A stretch of DNA of 64,000 bases from Podarcis erhardii (taxonomy: Eukaryota): the NCBI GenBank assembly GCA_964252035.1, contig OZ176200.1. One strand, written 5' to 3'. Shown here one piece after another: positions 36,901 through 48,900 of this stretch. Below the pieces are notes generated by a model, which had not been told where the DNA came from, did no database searches, and was given only the letters and a program-made list of their open reading frames with translations. Position 1 is the stretch's first letter. Each line of letters starts with the position of its first letter. Position numbers and translations under genes: made by a program.

Positions 36901-39900
36901 ACCTCACCTTGTCCATGCCACTTAAAATGAAAGAAAAACCAATATAAGCTTGTAGCATAGAATAATGGTTTAGCTTACTGTTGATTTTAATTAGTTCTGA
37001 ATGTTTTCTAAGTACCTGTTTAACTGTCTTTTATTTATACTTTTAATGTTTTTTTTTGTCAAACAGCTTTGTGGTTTTATTACTATAAAGCTGTATGTAA
37101 GGTTTGCTAAATAAATAAATAAATAAATAGCCAAGTCCCCAGTTCCAATCTGCCTTTTGCTACACTAATCTGGAGGCCCTCAGCAAGCCACTATCTTTTT
37201 AACCTCAAGCCCACCTTGGCAACATGGGTATAATATAACTACCATGCAAGTCTGCTGTAAGGATTTCAGAAATGCTTTCAACATTCAAAAAGTGTTAAAG
37301 ATATCCTAAGTAGTATTTATGTTCAGGAACTCATGATACCTTCTTGCTTTCAGCTGAACCTCTCTCCTCTCCTTGCCCCATTTACCATAGTAGTCCACAG
37401 AAACCTGATTGCTTGTGCCTCTCGATAATCTGGTGTTAGGCTGAAGTTCTAAACTGGAGCTCTAAATTTCTTAGACTCATGATGAAAAAAGGGCAAAATT
37501 CAGTCAAGGTCTGTCATGAATTCTAGGGCCAGGAGACAGAATTATAATACAACCAGAAACAAGCAGCCATGGAGCCACAGGCTACTTGTGGGCAGAGGAT
37601 TGATATAGGTCACAGGATGTTGGGGGTGGGGGGGAGTCAGAAGCATGCTTACATGAGTGAGTAAACCAAGGAAATTGGCATGCAAGCAGGATATTCTGGG
37701 GACAGCCCATGGCAGGCAAGCATTAATCTTCATGCTCTGTGGCTTCCAAAGGTACCTTGTACATTAAGCTTGGCCTCACACTGCTTGGTGCCATACTCAT
37801 TGATGGCCTTGCAGGCATAATAGCCAGCATCAGTGCACTCCACCATGCGGATATGTAGACAGAAAGATCCATCGTCCTCCTCCACAGCAGAAATGCGCCG
37901 CCCATACTTTATTGGATGCCTGTTCTTCAACCTAGAGGACAGAGGAGAGGGTCTCAGAGCCTGCAGTGCTTGCAACTCCATCCAACTTCACAAAATGCTT
38001 CTTCTGTCCTGTCATCTCATCTCACCATCCCTCCTCCAAAGAGGCATGCCTCAGGAAGAGGCTACATACTTCATCTGGACGGTCAATTCTGCATTGGCCT
38101 TCCCCCAACCTTGTTGCTACTACAAACATAGCTTTTGGTACAATATAGTCAAGGCAGTTTAAGCCATAAGATCAAAGATCCCATTATTTTTGCCATTACA
38201 TCCAGGCCTATCAGTCTCAGGTCTGATTCTTGATACATTCTGGAAGGCCGAAGACCTGCTTTCTTTTTGCCATCCCACCGCTTACATACAAAACAAACCA
38301 TTCTCAGGTTGGATAGGTCTTGTGCCCTTTGGAAATCAAAGACCAGCCTTGTCTGTTTAATATTTTGCCAGTCTACATATCACACTGTTGTTAGTCAGTT
38401 GGGGAGTACTGAAGGCCAGACAGGAAAAATAAAATAAACCCAACACTCTTCTTGATGTACACAAGTTCCCTGACTGGTTGCCTGAGAGAGATTCTTATAT
38501 TGCAAAACTGGGAAAGCTTCACCACCCATCTCATCCCAGGACAACATGGCTACTTGTGAAGTTATGCTGTATCATAAAACCTACTCACCAGTGCACAATG
38601 GGCTTTGGCTCTCCCTGTACCCGAATGCGCAGGACCACATCCTGCCCCTCCAGTACTTCCTGGTCACTCAGTGTCACCTGCAAGAGAGGGTGTCAGGATC
38701 ATGCCAACTGCAAAGGGAGATGGGAAGCAAGTTCTCTTTAAGGCAGGGGGCAGGGATAAGCAGAGTGCAGAGCAAGCTCTGCTAGGTGCAATACCTTCAG
38801 TGGAGTAAAAGCTGGAATTTACTTTTTGCCTCAAATGTCTGAGCATGTCAAAAGCCCAGGGCCCCTAACCCCAATCCAAGGGAGTGCCGGCTTATAACCT
38901 GAATGCAAAAGCCATAGTTTACTTTCCACTGTCATGCCCTCCTGCGCTAGTCTCACCACCTGCTCACCTCAAAGGATGGGGCAGCCTTGAAGTTGATGCC
39001 CACATGCACCGGGGGTGGGCCAATCTCAGATCGGGGTTGCACTTTCATGACAGGGTGGTGCCGCGGGGTGCCAGACTCAGGGAACTCTTCCAAGGGGCTC
39101 AGGTATTCTTCATCTGATGTGACAGGGCTGCTGAGCTCGTGATGGGCTACCAATCGGCTGTGGGACTCTGCAGGAGCTAGACAGGCAGAAGACGGTTAGG
39201 GCATGGCTTGAGAACAGCACATTGAAGCAGCAAAGCTCTCCAGCTCAAGGGGGAAAGCAGCACCAGGACATAGCCGCCCACCTAGCAGCCAGGGCTCATA
39301 TACAGGGATTTTAGTTGATGGTTTAGCCACAAGCACAGAGTAAATGATATAATCTAGCTTTCTGCATGATAGCCCACTGTACCTACAGTGTATTCTAAGG
39401 GATGAGGTTTCCATTTGCCTTTGCTTTTAAAAAAAATAGCACATGAAGAGGGGGCACATACAAAAAGTACTAACACAAATTGACCATTGGAATACATTGG
39501 TTCCTTCAAAATAGTAATAGAAATGCATTGCAGCAGGAAATGTTTGGTTGCTTATGCTATCTTTAGATACTCTTACTGGGGCATTATGGCTACCAGCTTC
39601 CTAGCAGGCTCCATCCCACTCTGCTGATGGGGATGTAACACATTGTCAACTCTTCCTACCTGATTTTCATCATTCAAACGTTACTAGAGCAGCCCCAGAT
39701 GGAAACTTGGGGAAGTGGCAAGCATATAATGTAACAGTAGCCCTGGCCCTGAAACAAAAACACTGGCCCTAAGGGTGTGCAATGGTTAGAGTGTTTTCAT
39801 TCTTTGCTTTCCCCTGTTCCTTCTTATGTATGCAAGTTTCCAGTTTCCTGCCCCTACCTAAGCCAACTAACACCCCATTAGTTCTTTCCATCCTTCCTCT

Positions 39901-42900
39901 TGACTGTTCCACTATGCCCTATTTTGCAATTAGGACACTGCACTTAGCCTAGCATGAACATTGTTATCTCAAATAGACCTTTGCTGCTTCTGTGGAATGG
40001 AGCCTAGAGGCTGATTTAGAACAGAACCACACAATCAGAAACATCACATGGTATACAGTCCTCCTAGGCCTGTATCATTCAAAATGCAGTTGAAGGATCA
40101 CATGTTTGAATGCTACCCGTTTAATTAAATTAACTATCTCTGTAAGTAGAAAAGTAAGAGAGACTAAGTCAGAACCCTCCTTCTTCCTGACATGCTTTCC
40201 ACAGACATGGAGGTTGTTTTGTTTTTTCTTTTAATGACAAACATGTGAACTTCCCTCCTGCTGCATTCTGAAGAGGTAGGACTGTACCATGTGACATTTC
40301 TGAATTATGTTTGTCTTCATAACTGAGATGGTAATATCCTTCTGCAAGGATTTTATTAATTCAGTTTTCTATGGAGAGGCTTGTATCCAAACTCACCCCC
40401 ATATGACAACTATCAGTTCAAGAAAGAATGTTAGTTTTCAGATATTCAGCAGCCATGAAGCTCACCTTGGGCAAGTCATTATCTCTCAAGTCTTACCTAC
40501 CCAAAAGGCCATTGTGAGGACAAAACAAAACAAAATAAAATTGGGGGTGAGGGGAGACCATTATGTTTTCCTGAAATCCTTGGAGGAGGGGTGAGATTAA
40601 AGTGTATTAACAAATAAATAAACGTAGTAATGACCTACAATTCTTTGACTGGTTTTCATGCATGTGTGTATAGTGGGGCCGTTTCAGAGAAACAGCTCTT
40701 TGTGTAAATCTGTTGTGGCAAAGTCATGAGGTGAAAAGTTTGGCACCTCAAATATGCATATATGAATCTGCACAAACAACATTTCTATTAGTGTGTAATT
40801 TGCATAGTGCATTGTTTATAATAAATAAATGTAAATATTTTGATCATCTGGGTTGTGAAACCCTTCTTGCAGTTGGTCTATATCCAATCCTCTTACCCAG
40901 AAAGAGGCAGAGTGAAGAAACAGAAACAACAAGTCATTTTCCCAGTACTGCTTTAGAAGCTATCAAATCCAACACTGCCTGTAACCCTGCCAAGTCCCAT
41001 GGGCATACAGAAAAGCCCACTGCTGATATATATCTATGCCATCTCCGTCTGGTAAAAAGAAAGACTTTAAACAGTCATGAATCAGGCAACTCCAATCATG
41101 GGCGCCACTACTCTTTTTTCTTGTTGGCAGCATTGTTCCTCGCTTGCTCTCCCTGAAAGGGTCCAAGGTGACATTAGTAGCTGGGACAACTACAACTTGC
41201 AGTGTATGCATTGTGAGAAGAGCAGGCCTTGTTGTGGGGCCAGTTAGTGGAAATAGTCTTGTGGCAATTTCTGTGGCAATGCTGCCCTTCAAGCTGAGTA
41301 AGAATGGGTGGGGTGTTTACAAGAAAATCTACAGAGACAGGATAGGTTTCTTAGCCCTTTGCACAAAATAGGAGGAAGAAGCAGAGGTGTGTTCGATCCA
41401 GACAAAAGGGTGAGTCTTTCAAAGGCCTCCATCATGCTCTGCTGCAGGCAGGGAAAGATTATCCTGTGTGGATGGGAATGGCCTGCCTTGTAGTTCCTTG
41501 CTTCCCCCTATCCCCAAAGACAAGGTAAAACACCTTAGTATAAGAGTCTCTCTCACCTCCAAGTTTCTGGACAACAAGGTAAGAGGCCTAGAGAGAATTT
41601 GAGGCTGGCTTCCCTTTCTGCAGCCCCATTGCTTTGGGAGGTTACAGACCAATAAATTCTCAGTCCCCAGAGGGGCACCCAAAGCAGAATCCCATTTCTT
41701 CCTACCTATAGGGCAGATGTGGTGAAGTTGGAGGGTCCTCATCCCTTCACACCATTCAGTTGTACAAACAAAGGGTTAATGGGAGCAAGAGACACGCTCC
41801 CTTCTCCGCTTCACCCATCTCTGTTCCCCTCAAAACGCCCACCTAGGAGTTGAAAAGTTGCGTTCCCTCTCCCTGCTGAGTTCCCAATTCCAAACCCACT
41901 AAAGCTGCAATCCTATGCACACTTACCTGAATTTAAGTTCCATTGAACGCAGCGGGACTTACTTCCGAGTAAACATGCATAGGATTGCAGCGCAAGAACG
42001 CAGGGAACAAACGGCGCGCCCCTCCCGAGCCTGCAATCGGCGCGCCAAAGAGGATCCTACAGCCATTTCCCGAGGATGATCTCTCTCTCTCTCGCTCGCT
42101 CGCTCTCCCTCTCTCTCTCAATCCCCGATTCTTTTCAAACGCAGCGTCCGAAACGGAGGAGACGAGTGGGCAAACGGATCCTCAACGGAGGCGCCAGAGG
42201 CCGGGCAGAATCCAGGAGCCTCTTCGGAACCGCCTTCCCTTCGAGCCACAGCCGAGGAAGGCATCGGGGCTCCAGACAGACGCCGACCCCAGCCCCTCCA
42301 GGGCTCACATTTCAGATCAACAGACGGGCGACCTCATTTGCATCCTTTCGGATAATTCATTTGCACGTGCCCAGGAACGCTTGCAAACTGCAGGCGCCGC
42401 TGACACGGGTTTCCCTGCGGAGTTTGTGGTCCGGAACACGGATCAGGAATCGGAGTCGGTCCGCCAGCCAGCTCGACCTCCCTCGCCGCCACCTCGTGGG
42501 GTTGGTGCTGAGAGCCCAGCAGTCCAGGCCGTCTCTCCCTTCTTGCCCGCATTCAAGACTGCTGCTGGCTGTTTGTCAGCCAGGCTGGCCTAAACCAAGC
42601 CTTGTAGGGTAAAGGCAGCCTCATCTCTCTTTCAGCAGTAGCAGCGGCAGCAGCCTGAGGCACCACAAGGTTGACAGAAAAAGACCTAGCCTAGGATGCT
42701 AACTAAGCCCCAAGGCACGAAACTGCTTCTCCCCAAGCTTGGCCTGGGAAGGAATATGACTCTACAACCCTCCCTTGGCCTTCAGGGATTCGGCTGGTCC
42801 TCTCTGGGCTGCCTCCACTGCGTTCATCACACACTTATAATCATATAATAATAATTTATCATTTGTACCCCACCCATCTGGCTGGCTTTCCCCGGCCACT

Positions 42901-45900
42901 TACCTGGCCGCACAGTCAACATGGCACTGCAGCAGGCCTCGCCCACTTCATTGGTGGCACAAACTGTGTAGAGGCCGGCATCAGTCGCACGGGCACTCCT
43001 GACCAGCAGGGTGTGGCGTTCTCCCTCTGCTTTGATAGGGCGAGTGGTGCTGCTCCGAAAGGGGACGCCATCCTTTCGCCATGACACTGTGGGGAAGGGG
43101 CAAGTGGGTAGGAGATCAGAGCATGTGGGGACACTTCTGTACATACAGCACCTCCCCCCATACATGGCACTTCCCACTTTACCCACTGACTGCTGGAACT
43201 GTGTCCTTTTCAGAGAGGAGGGGTGAGGAACCTTTTGCAACCTGAGAGTCACATTCCCTTCTGAGCAACCTTCCAGAGGCCACATGGCAGTGGTGGGCAG
43301 GGCCACAGCCAAACAAATGCATCTCCCCCACTTTGTACAGTAGGCTAGTTTCTACACACATTCACACTCCCCTCTCTGGCCTCCATTCCAGATAAGAAGC
43401 ATGATCAGAATTCAAGGACACATTTCAGCCAGGCAAAAACACCTGAAGAGGGTATGCAGCAGGGCCGCTGAGGGTAATGCCCTGGGATGGTGGTTATTTC
43501 CCCTGGGTTATTTCCCAGCCCTAATACAGGACTACAGTTTGGCAGCACCACAGGTGTTACTGCTGGAAAAGTGCATCATAGTAAAAGTTATCAACTTTTG
43601 AAATAGAACATTCTGGTGCAGGGGTAAAGGGTTGAATTATTTGCATGGAAGCAGAGCTGGTGATGAAGCCCAAACACCTGGTAGGTGAAGGGAGGGAAAG
43701 TCTAGCAGGATTGTTGCCTGCCTATCAAAGGATTGCAGCTAAAAATAAAATAGTATTGCCCTTTGTTTTTCTTGCAACAAAAGCAAAAAACCTAGTTAGG
43801 CCATTTTTTCCCCATTTTAGTTACAGTGATTCCAACATTACTTGCCAGTAACATTACTTGGTACTATTGGGCAGCTGGAATTGCAACCATTTCTCTCCCC
43901 CAGCCTTGTGTTTTTCCTCCTAGTGTTGCCACCAGGACCACATGGCTCTGGACCATATTCAAAGCAGAATCCTTACTGATGTGAGCTAGAGATCCCTAGA
44001 GATCCAAGAGACAACAGCAAAGGTAGAGTAGATGGCCCCCATCCATCTCCTGGCCCCTCTCACTCTGACTTGCACTGGGCACCCCACAGGTTTGCCTATG
44101 CATGCTCATCCCACACTCTTCCTGGTACTCCACGCACTTGCCTTCTGGGGAAGGGTTGCCTGTGATGATGCATTTGAACAACACTTCTGTTCCAGCTACG
44201 ACTGTTACATCCTGGATAGGGATCTCAAAGATGGGGCGTTCCAGTGGGTCCTCACCCGCCGAGATGTAGGAGTCATCAGAAGATTCTGTGCAGAGAGAGG
44301 GAGAAAGAGCAGCTGCAAAAGAGGCGGTGTGGAGGAGGGGAAAAGGTCCACAACTTGCATGGATATAAAACTTTGCACTGCCTTCTGGGAAGGAATGTGT
44401 TTAAATCTTAGCTCTCTTTTTCACATGCACTGGTTCTGTTATGCCCCGAGAGAGTGAGAGCCCTTTTATGTGCTGATGATTACAGTTTGCTCAAAATCCT
44501 TAATCTCCCCAAGTCTCTCTCTAGCACAGTGTGGATTCTTGATCTATTGCTACCTAGCTGAGTCCAAAGGATTAGAGGAGCCTCCTGAGTGGCACACTTC
44601 ACTCTGCCTTGACGCAGATAGCCACCTTCACAGGTCTCTAAGAATAACTAAAGAGGATGAGCTTCATTTCACTTGTTTAGAGAGGGGGGAAATTTAGAAC
44701 CCTCATAAAACTACTGTTACAGCTCAATGCATTCAAAGCTGACACTAGTCACAAATGTGTCTAAATTTATGATCACTTATTGAGTCAGGCTACCTGGGAA
44801 GGAAGTTGGAGGACTTATTTTTCTGTCAGTAATTTGGTAGACCCAGTACAGCAGCCCCTTGGTACACACACTACTTCTGTGCATTCAAGATGTGTGCATT
44901 TCTCAGCCTCACTTCCAGTCTGTAAAATGGGGATACTAAGGCCAGCCTGCTTACCTTACAAGGCAGTAGCAAGAATGCATGAGGAATGTACCTAAATGCT
45001 AAGCAAATGAACAAAACCTGCACTAAAGAGCACGTATTTCCATTCTTGACTCAGAAGCACTGAAAATCCTGTCACAAAACCTGTGTTAGCCATTAGGAGA
45101 CTACAGTTCTCTGTAACATACACATAACCACAGTGAACTGTGAACTAATTAACTGTTGTAAATGTTGCACCATGTCTTGTATCTGCCAGCTACTTGAAGG
45201 CCCTGATGAAGTTGCCACACTCACTCGGCCACCTCAAAAACTGGATCTCAAGTTCATGCTCCTCTTTCCAACTTCCATTGATCAGAGGCTGTCCCTTTGT
45301 TTTATGGAAAGGCACAAAAAGCACAGAGGGCCAAGGATAGTGAGGAGGGGCTTATCCACACTTAGCTTTTGCCCCACTTTTTCCAGGCGCAGATCTGAGC
45401 TTAAAAGCTCCATGTCCAACCATTTGTTTGTATTTGCTCCAGAGCTTTCCCTGCAAAAACCTGCTCTTCCCCACACCCTATGCCAGGTGTGGAGACCCTT
45501 TGGTCCTCCAGATGTTTCTGTACTACAATTCCCATCTTCCCCATGCTTGCTGGGGCTGATGGGAGTTGTAATTCAGCAACATCTGGAGTCCAAAGGATCC
45601 CCACACCTGCCCTATGCTAAGCTTATGCACCAATGACTCTTCTAGGCAAGGCCTGGCTGAGATTACATCCCAGATGCTGATGACATGGGCAGAAATGTGA
45701 GAAGCAGTCAGAACAGATAAGGGCAAGCCAAGACTGAGCACTTACCAACCCTCTCGAGGAGCTCATACAATCCCAGGCATGCATGATGCTCTGGCCTGAA
45801 TCCTAAGGGTCTTGCCTACAGTGGAGGAAATGACATTACAGGCCTCTCCATTTCTGTGGGAAGTTGGGTGGAGTTCCCCCACGGCATACAGCACAGCCTA

Positions 45901-48900
45901 GCTTGCCAGCTTCCTCCCCAAGGAGACAGCAACACTTGCCCTGATTCCATACCTGATTCAGGCGACGTTCGCCGCGTCCGGCGCCCTTTGCCTCTGCTCC
46001 GAGTACTCTTCCCTTCCTGAGGCTGCAATGCGTTGTCCTTTTTCTCTGCCACTTTCCCAGTCTTTCTTTCCAACTCTTTGTTTGCACCGTGGGTCCCTGC
46101 CCTGCTTCTATCTACTCCTGGCTCCGTCTTGGCCCAGGGCAGGGAATGTCCGTTCTGGCCAGATTCTCGTTTCCGGGCATGCGAGGCTGCACTTGGACCC
46201 TTGGGCTCATGGCTCCCTTTCGCCGCGTTCACAGACCCTCCATCCATGCAGTCAATGCTCTCTAAATGCCCAGCCTGCAGGAGGTCTCTCCTTCCCAAGG
46301 GGGCCGCCAGAGTCAGCGGGCACTGCTCCACCTTCCTCCGCAGATCCTGCCCATTCAGCTCGCTTTCCTTCTGACCCCTGCTGGGCTCTGCCACCTGCTC
46401 AGCTGTGGCCATGCTCCTCGCCAGAGGCTTTTGCGTCCTCTTGGTCTCGTCTCTGGGCCCCACTAGGACCACGCTGGACAACACCAGCTGCTGCACGCCG
46501 TGGGCATTCTCTGCCAGGGGCAAAGCCTTGAGGGGCTTGAGTTTCCGTGGTGGCGGCACCCTGGGAGCAGATGGCTCGGCGGAGGAACGTGGCGATGGTG
46601 ACCTGAAGAGCTCTTGCGACCGCCGCAGCTGCTGCTGAGACACGGTGCGCTTGATGCGGCCCAGCTCCTCTGTGAACTTGTGCTCCATGTCGTGCACGCG
46701 GCTGGAGAAGCGGCCGCGCTCATCCAAGGAGGCCGCCTTCTGGTGGAAGGCACGGCGCCGGAACGCCACACCACCCAGCTCGGAGCGGGTGTCCTCTTGC
46801 AGGTCCTCGTGGGAGACGGCCGAGAGGAAGGGGCTGGCATCGTCAAAGCCGGGCTGGTCAAAAGAGCGCGTCTTGCGTAGCGGCAGCCACGTGTGCCCCG
46901 CAAAAGGGTTCTCGTTCTGCTCCAGGCTTTTGCGCCGCTCCTCAAAGAACTTCAGCTTGTCAAAGATCTTGGAGCCCGTCCGCGGCAGCTTGGGGGATGG
47001 GCGGAGGACGGAGACGCGGCTGGAGGCCTCGCTCAGGGGCGTCTGGGGCCGGGACTCTCCAGTGCAAGCCTGAGAGTAGCCAGATGACTTGGGGCGCTTC
47101 AGCTTCTCGTCCAGTTCCTCGGATGCCGTATCTTGGAACTCGGGGGGCATCAGCAGCTTCCTGCGGGGAGCCACAGGTGGGGTGGGGCCACGGCCAGCCC
47201 CAGGCGGCTGGACGGGGCACTGCCCTGCTCTGGGGGACACTGGGCGCTGGAGAGGAGGCTTCTGTGCTGGTGGGTGGAGGGTATCTGTGCTGGTTTTGCT
47301 GCTGCTGTTGGCATCATCCCTCCGGTACCCACCATGGGGGAGGTTGCTGCAGTTGGAAGGCAAGACATGGCATAGTTTGCTAAGGCAGGACAGCCTGAAA
47401 AACTCAAAAGAAGGTGAGCGGCAAGGGAGCAGGTGCCTATGCTGATGTCTTATTCATGTTTTGAATGCTGCTTTACGGAACTTTTGTTGATTTTTATCCT
47501 TATATTTGCTGATTTTATCCTTTTGTTGATTTTATCCTCCTACTCCGTCTTGCTACGTTTTTATGAAAGTGTGGATTATACATTCAAAAATAAATAAATA
47601 TGGAGAACCAGTGCTATTTTTCTAGAAAAATAGGTGCCGGTACTCACCATGAAGTTGTTACAGTAAGTGCCTCACAACAAAGGGGTGCCGGTACTGCGTA
47701 CCCCTGAGTACCACCTGGATTAAAAAGCACATGGCCAACCCCTCCTAATGGCAGACCTGGGGTTTAAATTACCCATGGAAGAAAGAGGTGAGGCAATGAG
47801 AAGGAGGAACAGTCGTGTACTTCTGTCCTTAGATGAAGATGTGTGTGCATGTGTACAGAGGAGGGTGTATGTGTTTGTTTTTGCCTTCTCCAGCAGTGTG
47901 TGGCTTGGCTTACTATCTGAATCTCCTTGAGCTGTTTGCCCCACCGAGACCTTTCTACAGTGCCCCTACTCTGTGCTGTGGCATACTGTGGTCTGGATTG
48001 CATTGCGATTGGTCTTGCCTCATAAAAACGTGGGGATTTTTAAAATGTTTGATGTCTTACTTGTGTTTTAATTTGTTGGAAGCTGCCCAGTGTGGCTGAG
48101 GGCAACCCAGTCAGATGGGTGGCATATATATAAATAAATCAACATCATATTTGATTCCAAGACTGGCCAGATGGGTGAACTGGGATTCTCCGCCAAAAGT
48201 CCAGAGAAAATACCCACTCTTCCTGGCAAGATCCAACTCTTGGTCTTATCTGCTGAATGAGCCATGCCAGATGCTGCACTAGGGCAAAGGAAGAGATTGG
48301 GGGGACTTCATCAGGCTGTGCATCAGTGGTAGATGAGTATAGGCTGGCCTGGTTTGAGGAAGCAGGGGAAGACAAGGGGAGGCCCTGGTGCAGCCAGAAA
48401 TGCAACAGAAGGCAGAGGGTAGGAGAATAGAGAGCTGCATCCTGTACACACACATGCTGTTTCCCACAGGTACAAACACTAACTCAGGTGTATATACAAA
48501 CAGATACATACTTGGCACACATACATTCATTCTAAGGCCAACTCAGTTCCTTACAACAAATGGGCATGCGTGTCCAGCTGCATGCACACACGCACACACA
48601 CAGTGAGAATTATGCAAGTGTATACTTAGTCAGGTACCATAGCCGGAGGATGATAAGCGTGAGGATAAAGTTGGGAAAGCAAACTCAGGAGGAAAGAAGA
48701 GGAAGACGAGGGAGTCTCAAGTGACCTAATGTAGCTCTGCACCCGCCCTCTCAAAGATCCTTACTACACTCACTGCCTCTGCAGTGTGCTGGAGTGTGCT
48801 GCCATTTTCACAGCATGACGGGTTTCAGCTTTCGCTTTTAAGAAAAACTGCTGGTATCCAGTTTCCCATTATTACAGGGGGGAAATAATAAAAATGTGTG

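Noticed and set aside
41985-42612. 202-aa and 178-aa plus-strand ORFs
   Set aside because: Span a GC-rich promoter, a (CT)n tract and the MITE edge; no coding signature.
46028-47445. Several plus-strand ORFs of 110-170 aa
   Set aside because: Antisense shadows of the large GC-rich SPEG exon.
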